Source: an uncultured Planctomycetota bacterium (GTDB lineage: Bacteria > Planctomycetota > Planctomycetia > Isosphaerales > Isosphaeraceae). From it: a stretch of 64,000 nucleotides of DNA. Positions 9,605 through 19,380 of the stretch are shown here, piece by piece. The translations under genes and the position numbers were made by a program. The stretch spans positions 1 to 64,000 of the forward strand of contig CAWJTV010000018.1 of NCBI GenBank assembly GCA_963845755.1. The letters are read 5' to 3'. Below the pieces are notes generated by a model. The model made no database searches. It worked only from the letters and a program-made list of their open reading frames with translations, and had not been told where the DNA came from. Position 1 is the first letter of the stretch; the number at the start of each line of letters is the position of its first letter.

Positions 9605-11311
9605 TCATTCCTTTCTGGAGCCGATTCTGCGGGACGTCCTGGGGCGGCCTAAAGGGCCGCAGGAACGGCCCCAACAGTGTGGCATGTTACCGTCTGTCGG
9701 GGCCGTTTGGGCAAAAGGGCGAGGGCTCACACGATACACAATATGAACCGCCTCGGCATCGATCTCGACCTTCTTGACCAGTGCACAAATGATCCGACGA
9801 CGCGTCGCCACGTCGCTGGTATCCAAACCGGCGCGTACCTGCGCCCCGAATTCCTCGATCCGACCCATCACCAACCGTAACTCCTCCCGTTGCTGTTCCT
9901 CCTGGTCCATCGCCCGACGCTCCGACTCCAATTCTGACATTCGTGTTCGAGAAATATCCATATCTCTCTGGAATTTCTCCTTCTCGATGTATCCGTCGGC
10001 GTACATCTCCACCAGCCGCGCCAGCCTGCGGCGGACCTGACCGATCAACTTGTCCAGGCTCCGACTCGACTGAGTCGTCCCCTCGCCTCGGTTCGCCCGA
10101 CTCAACCGCCGCTCGAATTCCTCAGCCAACCGCTCCGGCTCCAGCAACAACCCGCGCACATCGGACCACACCGCCTCGTCCAGACGTTCGATCCGGATCG
10201 CCGGATTGTCGCAGATCCGGGCCCGGCCGGCGAAGGACTCGGCCTCCGCCCCATAACAGCGGTAATAGCCATAGCGACTCCCTCCCTTCTTCTTCATGGC
10301 CCGACCGCGATACGCGTAACCACACCGCTGGCACACCACCAAGCCCGCCAGCAGATGGCGCGGCCGGGGGGCCGCCTGGCCGGGATGTCGGCGGTGCTCC
10401 GCCAGCCGCTCCTGCACGGCCTCGAACAGGGCCGGCTCCACGATCGCCGGCACCGGGATCGGGATCTGGTCCTCGGGGGGCGTCGCCGCTTTGGCGGTGT
10501 GTCGCCGTGGAAACTCGGGGACTCCCCGACGCGGGCGCAACCGGGGACGGGCCGGGACGCAATGGACCTTGTTGAAGTGGGCTGTCCCCATGTAAGCCGG
10601 GTTGCGCAGCATGCCCAGGACCGTGGCCCGATCCCAATGCGCCTTGCCCGTGCGGGTAAGGAGCCCGCGTTCTCGCAATCGTCGGCACACCTGACTGAGC
10701 GAACATCCTTCGATCCCCACCCAGGTGAAGATCTCTCGGACCACCTGGGCCTCGGCGAACTGGACGACATACCGGGCCGCGCCACCTCCCTCCTGCTTGG
10801 TGTGGTAATGGTATCCGTAAGCGCGCCGCCCAGGACGCTGACCTGGCCCGACCGCGCCGCGTAGAGCCGGCCGCGGCGACACTTCTCACGGGCCTTGACC
10901 CGCTCGTATTCGGCGATGATCCCCTGGACTTGCAACAGCAGTTGAACCCTCGGGGCTCTCATCGAGGTCGTGATTGAGGAAGACGACCTCGACGCCCTGG
11001 CGGCGCAGCTCGTCGACCACGACCATCTGATACGGGTAATCCCGTGCCAATCGGTCGGGACACTCGATGTAGATCCGGTCGATCGCCCCGGCGGCGGCCG
11101 TGTCGCGCAACCGTTCCAGGGCGGGGCGCCGGAAGGTCTCGCCCGAATAACCGTCGTCGGCGAATTGGAGTTCCTGGGCGACGGTCAGGCCATCGGCCTG
11201 GATCCGCCGGCGCAACAGATCGAGTTGACTGGCGATCGTGTCCTCTTGGGCCTGCTGTTCGGTGGAGACCCTGGCGTACAAGGCGGCGCGGCGGTCGATG
11301 GGTTCGGTCAT
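9605..11311 (-). CDS. Large serine recombinase (resolvase + recombinase + zinc-ribbon domains), frameshifted
   Basis: AALYARVST catalytic Ser, DDGYSG..RPALERL, DRLAR, MLRNPAYMG, LLAGLVVCQRCG...YYRC and a coiled coil. Joined from 10886..11311, part of 10294..10962 and 9605..10882. Confidence 0.92.
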
Positions 11312-11671
11312 CGGAGGGCCCCCGAACGGCCTGGTTGTGTGAACGAATTCAAATCAGAATCAACGAACATTTGTGGTCGTGCCGGCGTCGTCAGCGGCCT
11401 CCGGATGATGGGGAGGGCCTGCTCGAAGGCCAAGGCCAGGGCGCGGAGCTGGCAGCGGGAGGGGACGAACTCCCGGTGGATGCGGAGGCTGTGCCGTCCC
11501 AAGGCCGATCGTCGTGTCATGTCCGCTCTCCGTGGTAGGACGTCGCGAGGACGATCACCTCCATGCAAGCAGCAATCCGGCGTCAGGGTCGGGTTCAACG
11601 CCCTCTGAGGCGGCTCAGAGGGATGACAGTATCAGGTATCAACGGGCTATATGCCACTCTGTTGGGGTCAT
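9665..11671 (-). mobile_element. Compact IS-like large-serine-recombinase element inserted into a REP hairpin
   Basis: 17-bp inverted repeats CCCCAACAGTGTGGCAT (9669-9685) / ATGCCACTCTGTTGGGG (11651-11667), 16/17 match. Flanking direct repeat AGGA(AC) at 9661-9666 and 11672-11677. Confidence 0.8.
11308..11520 (-). CDS. Small basic ORF (70 aa) translationally coupled to the recombinase
   Basis: ATG at 11520 with upstream GGAG; its stop overlaps the recombinase start (ATGA at 11308-11311); lies inside the TIR-bounded element. Confidence 0.6.
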   Translation of the reverse strand: MTRRSALGRHSLRIHREFVPSRCQLRALALAFEQALPIIRRPLTTPARPQMFVDSDLNSFTQPGRSGALR

Positions 11672-11845
11672 AGGAACCCAGCCTGGGGTGAAACCCCAGG
11701 ACTCGTGCGCCCCGCGGTCTTGCTTGTGCACCCCGAGGGGTGCCGGAGGAATCTCCTGCGGCCCTTCAGGCCGCCCGAGACGTGGGCGTGCCGTGGACCC
11801 CGGGTTTCACCCGGGGCTGGGCTGCCGCGGCCCTTCAGGCCGCCG
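11672..11845. repeat. REP-like palindromic cluster (GCGGCCCTTCAGGCCGC and GGGTGAAACCC hairpins); its left part lies at 9643-9666
   Basis: Multiple GC hairpins in inverted arrangement. Confidence 0.75.
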
Positions 11846-11988
11846 GAGATCGGCTGTTCTTCGGCGCAACCTATCTGTTAAGCGCTCTAGAAAGCCTTCG
11901 ATATCCCAGGTCTTGTGCTGATCAAGTGTCTCTGGATCACTCGATCGCGCCTCGGATCCGCTCAAGCCAGTAAGGGCTTCCTTTCCCA

Positions 11989-12908
11989 TCAGCTCAGGCT
12001 GATCGGCTGGTAGATCCACATCGTCCCGCTCGTCAGGTCGTTGAGGTCGTAGGTCCCGATCTGGTCGGTGTAACGCACGGAGTCGGGTGTATCCGCGAAG
12101 CCGACGTTCTGCTCGAACACGGTGATCGTCGATCCCGAGACCGACTCGACGATGGCCGTGTGATGGTCCGCGGTTTTCGTCGTGGAGGACCAGGAGCCAT
12201 TCGGGTGCGTCGTCGTGTGGACGAGCGTCACGTCGCGGAACTGAATCACGTCGCCCGGGACGACGCCGGCCAGCGAATGGCTCGCGGTCGTCACCGTCGT
12301 GACCATCGTCCCCCAGACATAATCCGAGTCGGATCCGGTGGGTCCCAGTTTGGACTCCGACTCCGCCCCGGCCGCGGCGTAGGCGGCATCAACCAGGTCG
12401 GTGCACTGGCCGCCACCGACCTCCTGACCGAGGTGGGCTTCGGCGAACGCCACGATCTTCTGGTTGACTGTGGAGATCTGGGGGGCGGAGAGGGCGTCGG
12501 CGTCGGAGTGGGGGTAGGAGTCGGCGTCGGCGTCGGTGTCGGTGACGGTGACGGCGTCGGAGTGGGGGTAGGAGTCGGCGTCGGTATGAGGGTTGGGCTG
12601 GGAGGTATCACCCAGACAGGCAGTGGAGTCGTCGGATGCCTCGGGTGAGTGTTTTGGGCATGGACATTGGGCTTGGAGGGGTGCTTGGTCTTGTGGGCAT
12701 GGACATTGGGCTTGGAGGGGTGCTTGGTCTTGTGGGCGTGGGCATCGGGCTTTGGGGTGTGCTTGGCCTGATCGGCATTCAAGGTGTGCACCTCGACAGT
12801 AGCCCTCGGGAGCTCGCCGAGGGTTCCCGACGATAGCAGGCACTTGTCTTCAAGCGCGTCGAGGCTGGGCCAGAGCCGGACGCGGCGGGCGTGGCGTGAG
12901 ATGTTTAT
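11989..12908 (-). CDS. Putative exported protein: LEPR-XLL-like N-terminus, His/Lys repeats, Pro-Thr linker and NlpC/P60/CHAP-like Cys-His domain (frameshift ~12490; start codon reads ATA)
   Basis: RHARRVRLWPSLDALEDKCLLS; 39-bp repeat encoding KTKHPSKPNVHAH; (PT)n; VGGGQCTDLV...GDVIQF...HHTAIV. Confidence 0.7.
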
Positions 12909-13188
12909 GATGTGCTCCTTCCTCGCCTTCCGGCGCCTCCATCGGCGAAACCTGCGAAACTATACGTCGCGCACGACCGGCGACGCAAGCGTCCGCTCCA
13001 GGAATCATCACCCGGGGTCGCTACATTCCAAGATCCAGGGGGTCAGAAAGGGCTTACTCCCGGCCTCCCCGCCAGCCGCTCGGGTAGCTCACTTGATCCT
13101 GGTCGAATCGCATGCCGATCATGACAGAAGCGTTTCGCCGCAGTCTCAATAGACCTGTAACTCCGCCGCAGTGCAAGACCGAGGAACG

Positions 13189-13485
13189 ATGATGCCCCGA
13201 ACGAAAAAACTCCAACCGGCCCCGCGCTCACAGCCTCAATCGCCGTGCGCGTCGGTCGATGGTCTCTCGAGCGAGGTGCTGACGCTGGCGGAGGCAGCCA
13301 CATACCTCCGTCTCTCCGAAGCGCAGGTTGTGGATCTAGTTCACTCGCCGGGGCTGGCGGGGCGTTGCATCGCTGGTCAATGGCATTTCCTCAAGGCCGC
13401 CATCCAGCACTGGCTCGCCACGGCGGTGCCCTCATCGCGCTGCGTCATCACAGAAGTTTCACCACACTTTGTCCGTATTTGTTAA
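13189..13485 (+). CDS. Excisionase-like HTH (HTH_17) DNA-binding protein, possibly degenerate
   Basis: EVLTLAEAATYLRLSEAQV...GQWHFLKAAIQHWL. Confidence 0.7.
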   Translation: MMPRTKKLQPAPRSQPQSPCASVDGLSSEVLTLAEAATYLRLSEAQVVDLVHSPGLAGRCIAGQWHFLKAAIQHWLATAVPSSRCVITEVSPHFVRIC

Positions 13486-13703
13486 GGCCCTTCCCGATTT
13501 CAATCGGGGGTGGGCCAACGATTCCAGTCCAAATCGGCCATCGTCATCAGGAATCGTTCGCGGAAGCGCCGAGTGCGGGTCCGCCTTCGCAGGCAGAAGA
13601 GGCACTGGGGACCGGCTTCGAGGACCCCACCGGCCCGGCCCCGGACCGAAACGGACGGCCGCCGGATGGTCATCGGTGCGGGCGGGCATCACGTCGGAGA
13701 CTG

Positions 13704-14143
13704 TCAGCGGTGGGCACCCCTGTCCGGCGCGAACGGATCGGCCGGCATCGCCAGGTCCATCATCAACCGCTTGAAGTCCACCCGATCGCGGAGCGGGTCC
13801 AGCGCGTCCTCGCTGCGGTATTCGTCGAGGCTGCGGTAGCCCATCTCGATGGCCTTGCGGATCAGCGCCGGCCTCGGCGGCCGAGACCCCCGAGCCGCCC
13901 CGGGCGGCGAGGCCGGACACCGCGGCGCAGGCGCACCCGGAGAGGTACTGATGCTGGGCATTCGGAAACGGTTCCGTCGCGTACAACCCGGTGGCTCGCC
14001 GGAGGTCGGCCGCGTCGCCGGCCACGTCACCCGCGGCCAGGCGGGCCAGCCCGCGGTTGAAGAGGTTCTCGGCCAGCCCGGCGCGGTAGCGCGGCACCTG
14101 GGGGTGCTCCCGGACCAGCGACTCGCGGACGGAACCCACCCGC
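13704..14143 (-). pseudogene. C-terminal remnant of a planctomycete TPR-repeat Ser/Thr kinase
   Basis: …KAIEMGYRSLDEYRSEDALDPLRDRVDFKRLMMDLAMPADPF terminus; cut at the GGGGACATCC arm at 14144. Confidence 0.7.
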
Positions 14144-14222
14144 GGGGACATCCTTATTTATTGCCGCAATCTAAACAACCTGGGAGACATACTTCGCTAG
14201 ACTGTGCATCTTTCCACCAGAA

Positions 14223-14377
14223 TTAGAGTCGTCCTCCGTAGGATCCCTGCGCCCTCCGCGCCTCTGGGGATTCCGAATTCCGGATTCGCGATTCCCGATT
14301 CCCGGATCATTCCCCTTCGGGAATCCGGAATCGCGAATCCGGAATCCCGATGGGGTTGGGGCCGAAGGCCGCGTTAG
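14223..14377 (+). mobile_element. ~150-bp non-autonomous repeat (heptamer-palindrome MITE family), copy 1
   Basis: TTAG-AGTCGTCCTCCGTAGG...(GATTCCG)n/(CGGAATC)n...GGCCGAAGGCCGCG-TTAG. Confidence 0.88.
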
Positions 14378-15450
14378 GAATGTCCCCCTCGGACCTGTGA
14401 ATGTTGGGTTTGGCCCGCCATGGAGAGGGTGTTCATGGCCTCTTCGAGCGACCCGATATCGATCCGGAAGGGAGACAGCGCGTGACTCCTGGGTTTCGCA
14501 TGTTCATCCAGATCGCGGACGATCCTGGAAGTGATCTGCCCCCTGACGGCCGCCCATGATCCGTTGTATGCGCCGGCCTGTCTCCGGTAGCAGTCCACGA
14601 TATACCCGGCTCCGAAGAGCTCGACGAGCCGCACCCCGTCACCCGGCCGCGAGTCAGGACCGACGCCGTGACGATTGAAGACCAAGCCGGCAATCGCCGC
14701 GCCGTGGATCGCCACGACCTCCCGGGCGTTCCTCGTCAGGGACAATTGCATGTTCAGGGGCAAGTCTTCGAAGGTGAACCGCACGAAACCCCTCGAGCGG
14801 AGATAATCGCTGACCTCCTCATCGTTGATCAGCGATCGGCCACTCTTCCTTGATATGAAAATCTTTTCTGGTGTAGAGCATTCGTAATTTTCGATTTCAA
14901 AGTCGAAGAGCGCGGGGTCGAAGACCGGGGGCGGGAAGCCGCTGAGATCGAAGAGGCTCCCCCGCACCGGACGGTTCGTATAGACCGCCGGAATGTGGAG
15001 GTAATCCAGGACCCTCCTGGCCAACGGGTGTGCACGCATCCTTGACACCACGACGACGGGGATGTCCTTCCCGGTCGCCTCTCGGATCAGCTTCCGGCAC
15101 AGGAGCACCCTCGTTAAGATATCATGGGCGAGATGGGCTAGGTTTCCTTCGTAAATGTCCCTCGCATCGAACAGATAAGCTCCCTCGGCGTTGTGGATCG
15201 GAAGCCATCGATGCAAGCGACCGCTCAAAAGCTGCCGCACTGAGCGGGCATCTCTCTCGCTCGAACCCCAGGAATGATAACTCACCCCGCTACAGAGCTG
15301 TACGTTAGATCGCAACTCCGGTACGGCGTACCCGGGCATCATGATGCGCTCGGGCTTCGGCTTCCACGCACCGAGCAAGCGAGTCGGGTATCCAAACATC
15401 ATCGCATCGGGAACTTCGTAGCCTGGCCTCGAATAGCTGTACCCGTGCAT
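14374..15450 (-). CDS. Glycosyltransferase family 61 (DUF563-type) protein
   Basis: NLAHLAHD, KIFISRKSGRSLINDEEV, FEDLPLNMQ and VVAIHGAAIAGLVF motifs. Confidence 0.85.
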   Translation of the reverse strand: MHGYSYSRPGYEVPDAMMFGYPTRLLGAWKPKPERIMMPGYAVPELRSNVQLCSGVSYHSWGSSERDARSVRQLLSGRLHRWLPIHNAEGAYLFDARDIYEGNLAHLAHDILTRVLLCRKLIREATGKDIPVVVVSRMRAHPLARRVLDYLHIPAVYTNRPVRGSLFDLSGFPPPVFDPALFDFEIENYECSTPEKIFISRKSGRSLINDEEVSDYLRSRGFVRFTFEDLPLNMQLSLTRNAREVVAIHGAAIAGLVFNRHGVGPDSRPGDGVRLVELFGAGYIVDCYRRQAGAYNGSWAAVRGQITSRIVRDLDEHAKPRSHALSPFRIDIGSLEEAMNTLSMAGQTQHSQVRGGHS

Positions 15451-15602
15451 ACCTCGAACCCCATCGTCAGCCTGGGCAGTATTAATGGATCCTCTGTAAT
15501 GCTACGACACTTGATGATAGAAAGCACTACCCTTCCGTAGGCACGTATTCCTCGCTGGTCGCCAACGACCCGGCCGGTGTCAGATAACCCGACGAACCTA
15601 TA

Positions 15603-15718
15603 GTCTGTCCCAGAAGGGCGAGCGGGGGGCGTCAGCCCCCTGTCCGGTGAGCGACGGACCTCCAAGACAGGGGGCTGACGACCCCCGCTCGCCCGGACCG
15701 GCCCCTTCTGGGACAGAC
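15603..15718. repeat. Small MITE/REP doublet with 16-bp perfect TIRs
   Basis: GTCTGTCCCAGAAGGG / CCCTTCTGGGACAGAC; internal GTCAGCCCCCTGTC / GACAGGGGGCTGAC. Confidence 0.75.
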
Positions 15719-16097
15719 CCTGAGTGGACATTGCGTATCTAACTGACCAGTTTGGGCATGCCTGCCCCCGGTGCCTCGACGGCCGAGAGGCCGATGACGG
15801 CGGCGGGGATAGTCCCGACCCCTTGCCCGAAGACTCGGACCGATGGGCCGATCCTCACGACCGGGCCCCGGGCTACCAGGCGCGATACGCTGCGGGGTTG
15901 GAGGGGCCGGATCGAGTTGCTCGACGCCGGCACAGCGGTCGCCGTTGGCATCGTCGCACCCTATATAGCAGAGGGAAAAACAAAAACGCATCAAAACACG
16001 TTAGAGAACCCTGGGCGAGTCGACCCCAGGGCGACCCGGCCCTCATCCTCGGTCCGGACGGTCGTGATCACGGATGGTCGGACCAGCGACTGGGCCG

Positions 16098-16883
16098 TCA
16101 TCCCGGGATCGTGCGGGCACGATGCAGGAACAGCCCATCAATCCAGTGGCCGTGGCCCTTGAAGTAGATCATCGGATAGAAGCATACGGGGAGGAATTCG
16201 TGATCCGTCAGGTAATCGATCAGTTGGCCCGCGCTGGCCTGTCCGTCGTAGTATCCCGCGAAGGTGATCTCGACGAGAATCATGCCGATTTTCCCCTGAC
16301 CGATCATGCTCCCGCCGCCCTTCATCACCTCGAGGTCGAAGCCTTGAGTATCGGTCTTCAGAACGTCCACGTGGTCGATCGATTCGCGGGCGCAGTAGGC
16401 GTCAATCGTATCGATGCACACCGGGTAACTACTTACGGGCGGAGAGTCGAACTCGCTCCCGCTCTCGAGGAACGAGCTCAGTGCGGATCCTTTGCGCTCC
16501 TTGAAAATCCGCTCGCCGACTTCCGAGCCGACCGCACACCGGCTGATCTTTACGTTGGGGTGTCCTTCAGCCCGATCTTGCAGTTGCGCGAATGCCCGCG
16601 GGCCCGGCTCGAAGCAGTGCACGCGGGCATCCTTCCAGAATCTGAGGATATCCTCAAGTGTCTGCCCGATGTTCGCGCCAACGTCGAAGATGCAAGGGTC
16701 CTGTGTATCTCCGAGGATATACGCGATGTCGCGGAAGGGTGACCGTCCCAGGGGATACCTGCCGGCCCGGTGCAGTTCGAAGCCGCTCTTGCGGATCAGA
16801 CCGGCGATGAAATCACGGTGGAGTCGAGACAACATTCCTGATTCGCCTGGGGGTGGAGTGGGGACGCCGTTTCGTCGGATCAA
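16098..16883 (-). CDS. FkbM-family SAM-dependent methyltransferase
   Basis: IFDVGANIG, HCFEP and DVLKTDTQGFD motifs. Confidence 0.9.
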   Translation of the reverse strand: MIRRNGVPTPPPGESGMLSRLHRDFIAGLIRKSGFELHRAGRYPLGRSPFRDIAYILGDTQDPCIFDVGANIGQTLEDILRFWKDARVHCFEPGPRAFAQLQDRAEGHPNVKISRCAVGSEVGERIFKERKGSALSSFLESGSEFDSPPVSSYPVCIDTIDAYCARESIDHVDVLKTDTQGFDLEVMKGGGSMIGQGKIGMILVEITFAGYYDGQASAGQLIDYLTDHEFLPVCFYPMIYFKGHGHWIDGLFLHRARTIPG

Positions 16884-17282
16884 GGCTCAACGAGATGACG
16901 GGGTGCCATCGTACACCATGATCCCTCCCTCACGGACCATGCGCGGAGGAGGACCCGCGATACACAGACGGATTTCTACCACCCTCAACTCGCCCAGGCA
17001 AGACTTCGCCGAAAGTGGAGGAGGAAAAGACAGCCATGTGGACATTGACGGGATGCGTGATTCGGACCTATGTACGGACGATCCCCATCTCCGCTGTGTC
17101 AGCGGATTTTACAGATGTCGTTTGAAGGCCAATACCGACCAGAAGCCACCTCTGTCTCGTCAGGGAGCACGTCTCGCCATCCTGGTACATCCGGGGAGTG
17201 ACCCCACACAGCCTTATCCGACGTTGGTGATCCGAGGCCGAGCGTCACGCTTTTCCATGACAGGACGTCGGGGTCAGGCCAG

Positions 17283-17820
17283 AATGGCTCACGTTTTTTT
17301 CTAAAGCGAAGAAGGGGCAGGGGATAGACAAAGAGTGGCCTCCTTTGGGACAAGTCTCGATCGATCAACGCGAGATTTGTCCTCACAAGGAGACCACCCA
17401 TGACCCAGACTACACGCCGACAGGTTTCCGACAGGAGGGATTCCCTCGATGCGTCCCAGGGACTCCCATTCCATGAGATCCTCAGAGAGACCATGGTCGA
17501 GCAAGCCTTGGCTGCGGAGGGGGTCGAATACCACGACGCGATCTTCACACCGTTGGTGACCCTCTGTACCTTCCTCTCCCGCGTCTTGGATCCCGATCAT
17601 TCCTGTCACTCGGCGGTCGCTCGGGTCATCGTTTGGGTGGCGATCACTGGCCGCAAGCCGTGCTCGGAGTACACCGGTGCCTATTGCGACGCGCGTCGGC
17701 GTCTTCCCCGGGAAGTCCTCATTCGTCTGGTTCGTCAGACCGGGCGGGAGACCGAACAACGGGCGGGCACAGGGTGGCTCTGGAAGGGTCGGCGCGTCGG
17801 TTTGGCCGATGGCTCAACCG
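17283..17820 (+). pseudogene. Left end and N-terminal fragment of a second IS4-family transposase
   Basis: ORF from 17400: FTPLVTLCTFLSRVLDPDHSC...TGAYCDARRRLP...WKGRRVGLADGST, then an abrupt break. The end AATGGC at 17283 is preceded by a 13-bp arm GGGGTCAGGCCAG. Confidence 0.8.
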
Positions 17821-17928
17821 GGGGGAAACTCGGTGTCAGGGAAAATCGGGCCGGGTCGCCCTGGGGGAGCAATCCCCGGAACGACCCGGCCTCTCGGACC
17901 CCCCAGGAATGTCCCCCTCGGACCCTGC

Positions 17929-18076
17929 CTAACGCGGCCTTCGGCCGCAACTCAATCGGGATTCCGGATTCGCGATTCCCGATTCCCGAAGGGGAAGGAT
18001 TCGGGAATCGGGAATCCGGAATTCGGAATCCCCAGATGCGCGCACGGCGCAGGGATCTTACGGAGGACGACTCTAA
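17929..18076 (-). mobile_element. Heptamer-palindrome MITE, copy 2 (inverted)
   Basis: Reverse complement of copy 1; CTAA at both ends. Confidence 0.88.
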
Positions 18077-18195
18077 TATATTAAGATTCGTTGCTGTGTT
18101 ATGTGCGTGTTGGCGACGGATTCAAGGCGGGCCAGATAAGGGGATTATTTGTCCCCGATATGACCCCGCCCGCGCGGTTAGCCGCCACGTTTCCG

Positions 18196-19380
18196 TCAGA
18201 ACCCGTAGTCGGGGAGGTTGATCTCATCACGCAGTTCGCGGCCGAAGAGGAAATCCAAAACGAATGGGAGCCGCAAGAGTCGCGTGACAACGTCGCGGAA
18301 CGTAAGGCCGAACGCCGTCTTCGGGGCAAATGACGAAGCGAATTTCGCCGCCGATCCCTGCTTGCGCTTCAGGAACGGCATCATCCGCTCCTGGTAGCGG
18401 GCGAAGGCCGCGCCATGATCGCCCCCGCAATTGCGAAGCTCGCCCGCCAGCACGTACGCCTCGGCCATCGCCAGTCCCGTGCCTTCTCCGGCCATGAGGG
18501 AGACGCAGGCCGCGGCATCGCCGACAAGTGCCGTGCGGCCCTTCGCCCAGCGTTCCATCCGAATCTGGCTGACGCGGTCGAAGTAGATGTCGCCGATTTC
18601 CCCCATTGCCGCGAGGATCTGCGGGCACTCCCACCCGACACCGGCGAAGACACTCTTCAGCGCCGCCTTGCGCTCTGGCTCGGTCGAAGGCTCCCCGGCG
18701 GTCAGGTACTCGTCGCGAAAGACGAACAGGAACAGCGTCTTGTCGTCGCGCATTGAGAACCGCGAGACCTGCCGTCCCGGAACCCCGTGGCTGATGTAGA
18801 CGAGTTCATCGCGCGGCCGGTATCCCCCGATCTCGAACGCGGCAACGTGGTAGCCGAGCGAGACCTCGAACGCTTCCTCGGGTCCGAACACAAGCTGGCG
18901 GACGGGCGAGTGCAGCCCGTCGGCACCGATGACCAGATCGACCTCTCGGGGGGCAGCGTGGCCGAATCGGACCCGCACCCGGTCCCCCTCGTCCACGATG
19001 CCCGCCACAGAGTCGCCGAACAGCGTCTCGACCTTCCCCTCCAGGGCGTTGTAGATCACGGCCGCCAGGTCGGAGCGCCGAAGGCTTGTGAAGTGGCCGT
19101 TGGTCAGGCGGCTGAACGCGTCGACCGAGAAGCCGCCGCGCTTGCGGCCCTGCCGGTCCACGAAGAGTACCTCCCTTACCAGGTAACCCAGCTCTCTGAT
19201 CCGGGGGAGCAGGCCCATCGTTTCGGCAATGTCGTAGCCGACCCCCCAGAAGTCGATGACGTAACCGCCGGTTCGGGGCCGGGGCGCCTGCTCGACCAGC
19301 AGCACCTCGTGACCAGATTTCCGCAGCCAGTAGGCCAGTGTCGGGCCGGCGATGCCCACCCCGTTGATGACAATCCTCAT
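18196..19380 (-). CDS. FAD-dependent monooxygenase/oxidoreductase (FAD_binding_3)
   Basis: INGVGIAG, DLVIGADGLHS and LVGDAA...GEGTGLAM motifs. Confidence 0.92.
   Translation of the reverse strand: MRIVINGVGIAGPTLAYWLRKSGHEVLLVEQAPRPRTGGYVIDFWGVGYDIAETMGLLPRIRELGYLVREVLFVDRQGRKRGGFSVDAFSRLTNGHFTSLRRSDLAAVIYNALEGKVETLFGDSVAGIVDEGDRVRVRFGHAAPREVDLVIGADGLHSPVRQLVFGPEEAFEVSLGYHVAAFEIGGYRPRDELVYISHGVPGRQVSRFSMRDDKTLFLFVFRDEYLTAGEPSTEPERKAALKSVFAGVGWECPQILAAMGEIGDIYFDRVSQIRMERWAKGRTALVGDAAACVSLMAGEGTGLAMAEAYVLAGELRNCGGDHGAAFARYQERMMPFLKRKQGSAAKFASSFAPKTAFGLTFRDVVTRLLRLPFVLDFLFGRELRDEINLPDYGF

Noticed and set aside
12490..12600. Tandem DNA repeat as a separate element
   Set aside because: It simply encodes the Pro-Thr linker of the exported protein.
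9605..13485. Prophage/ICE (integrase + excisionase-like HTH)
   Set aside because: No phage structural, replication or conjugation genes. The recombinase is closed off by its own 2-kb boundaries, and the HTH gene lies outside them.
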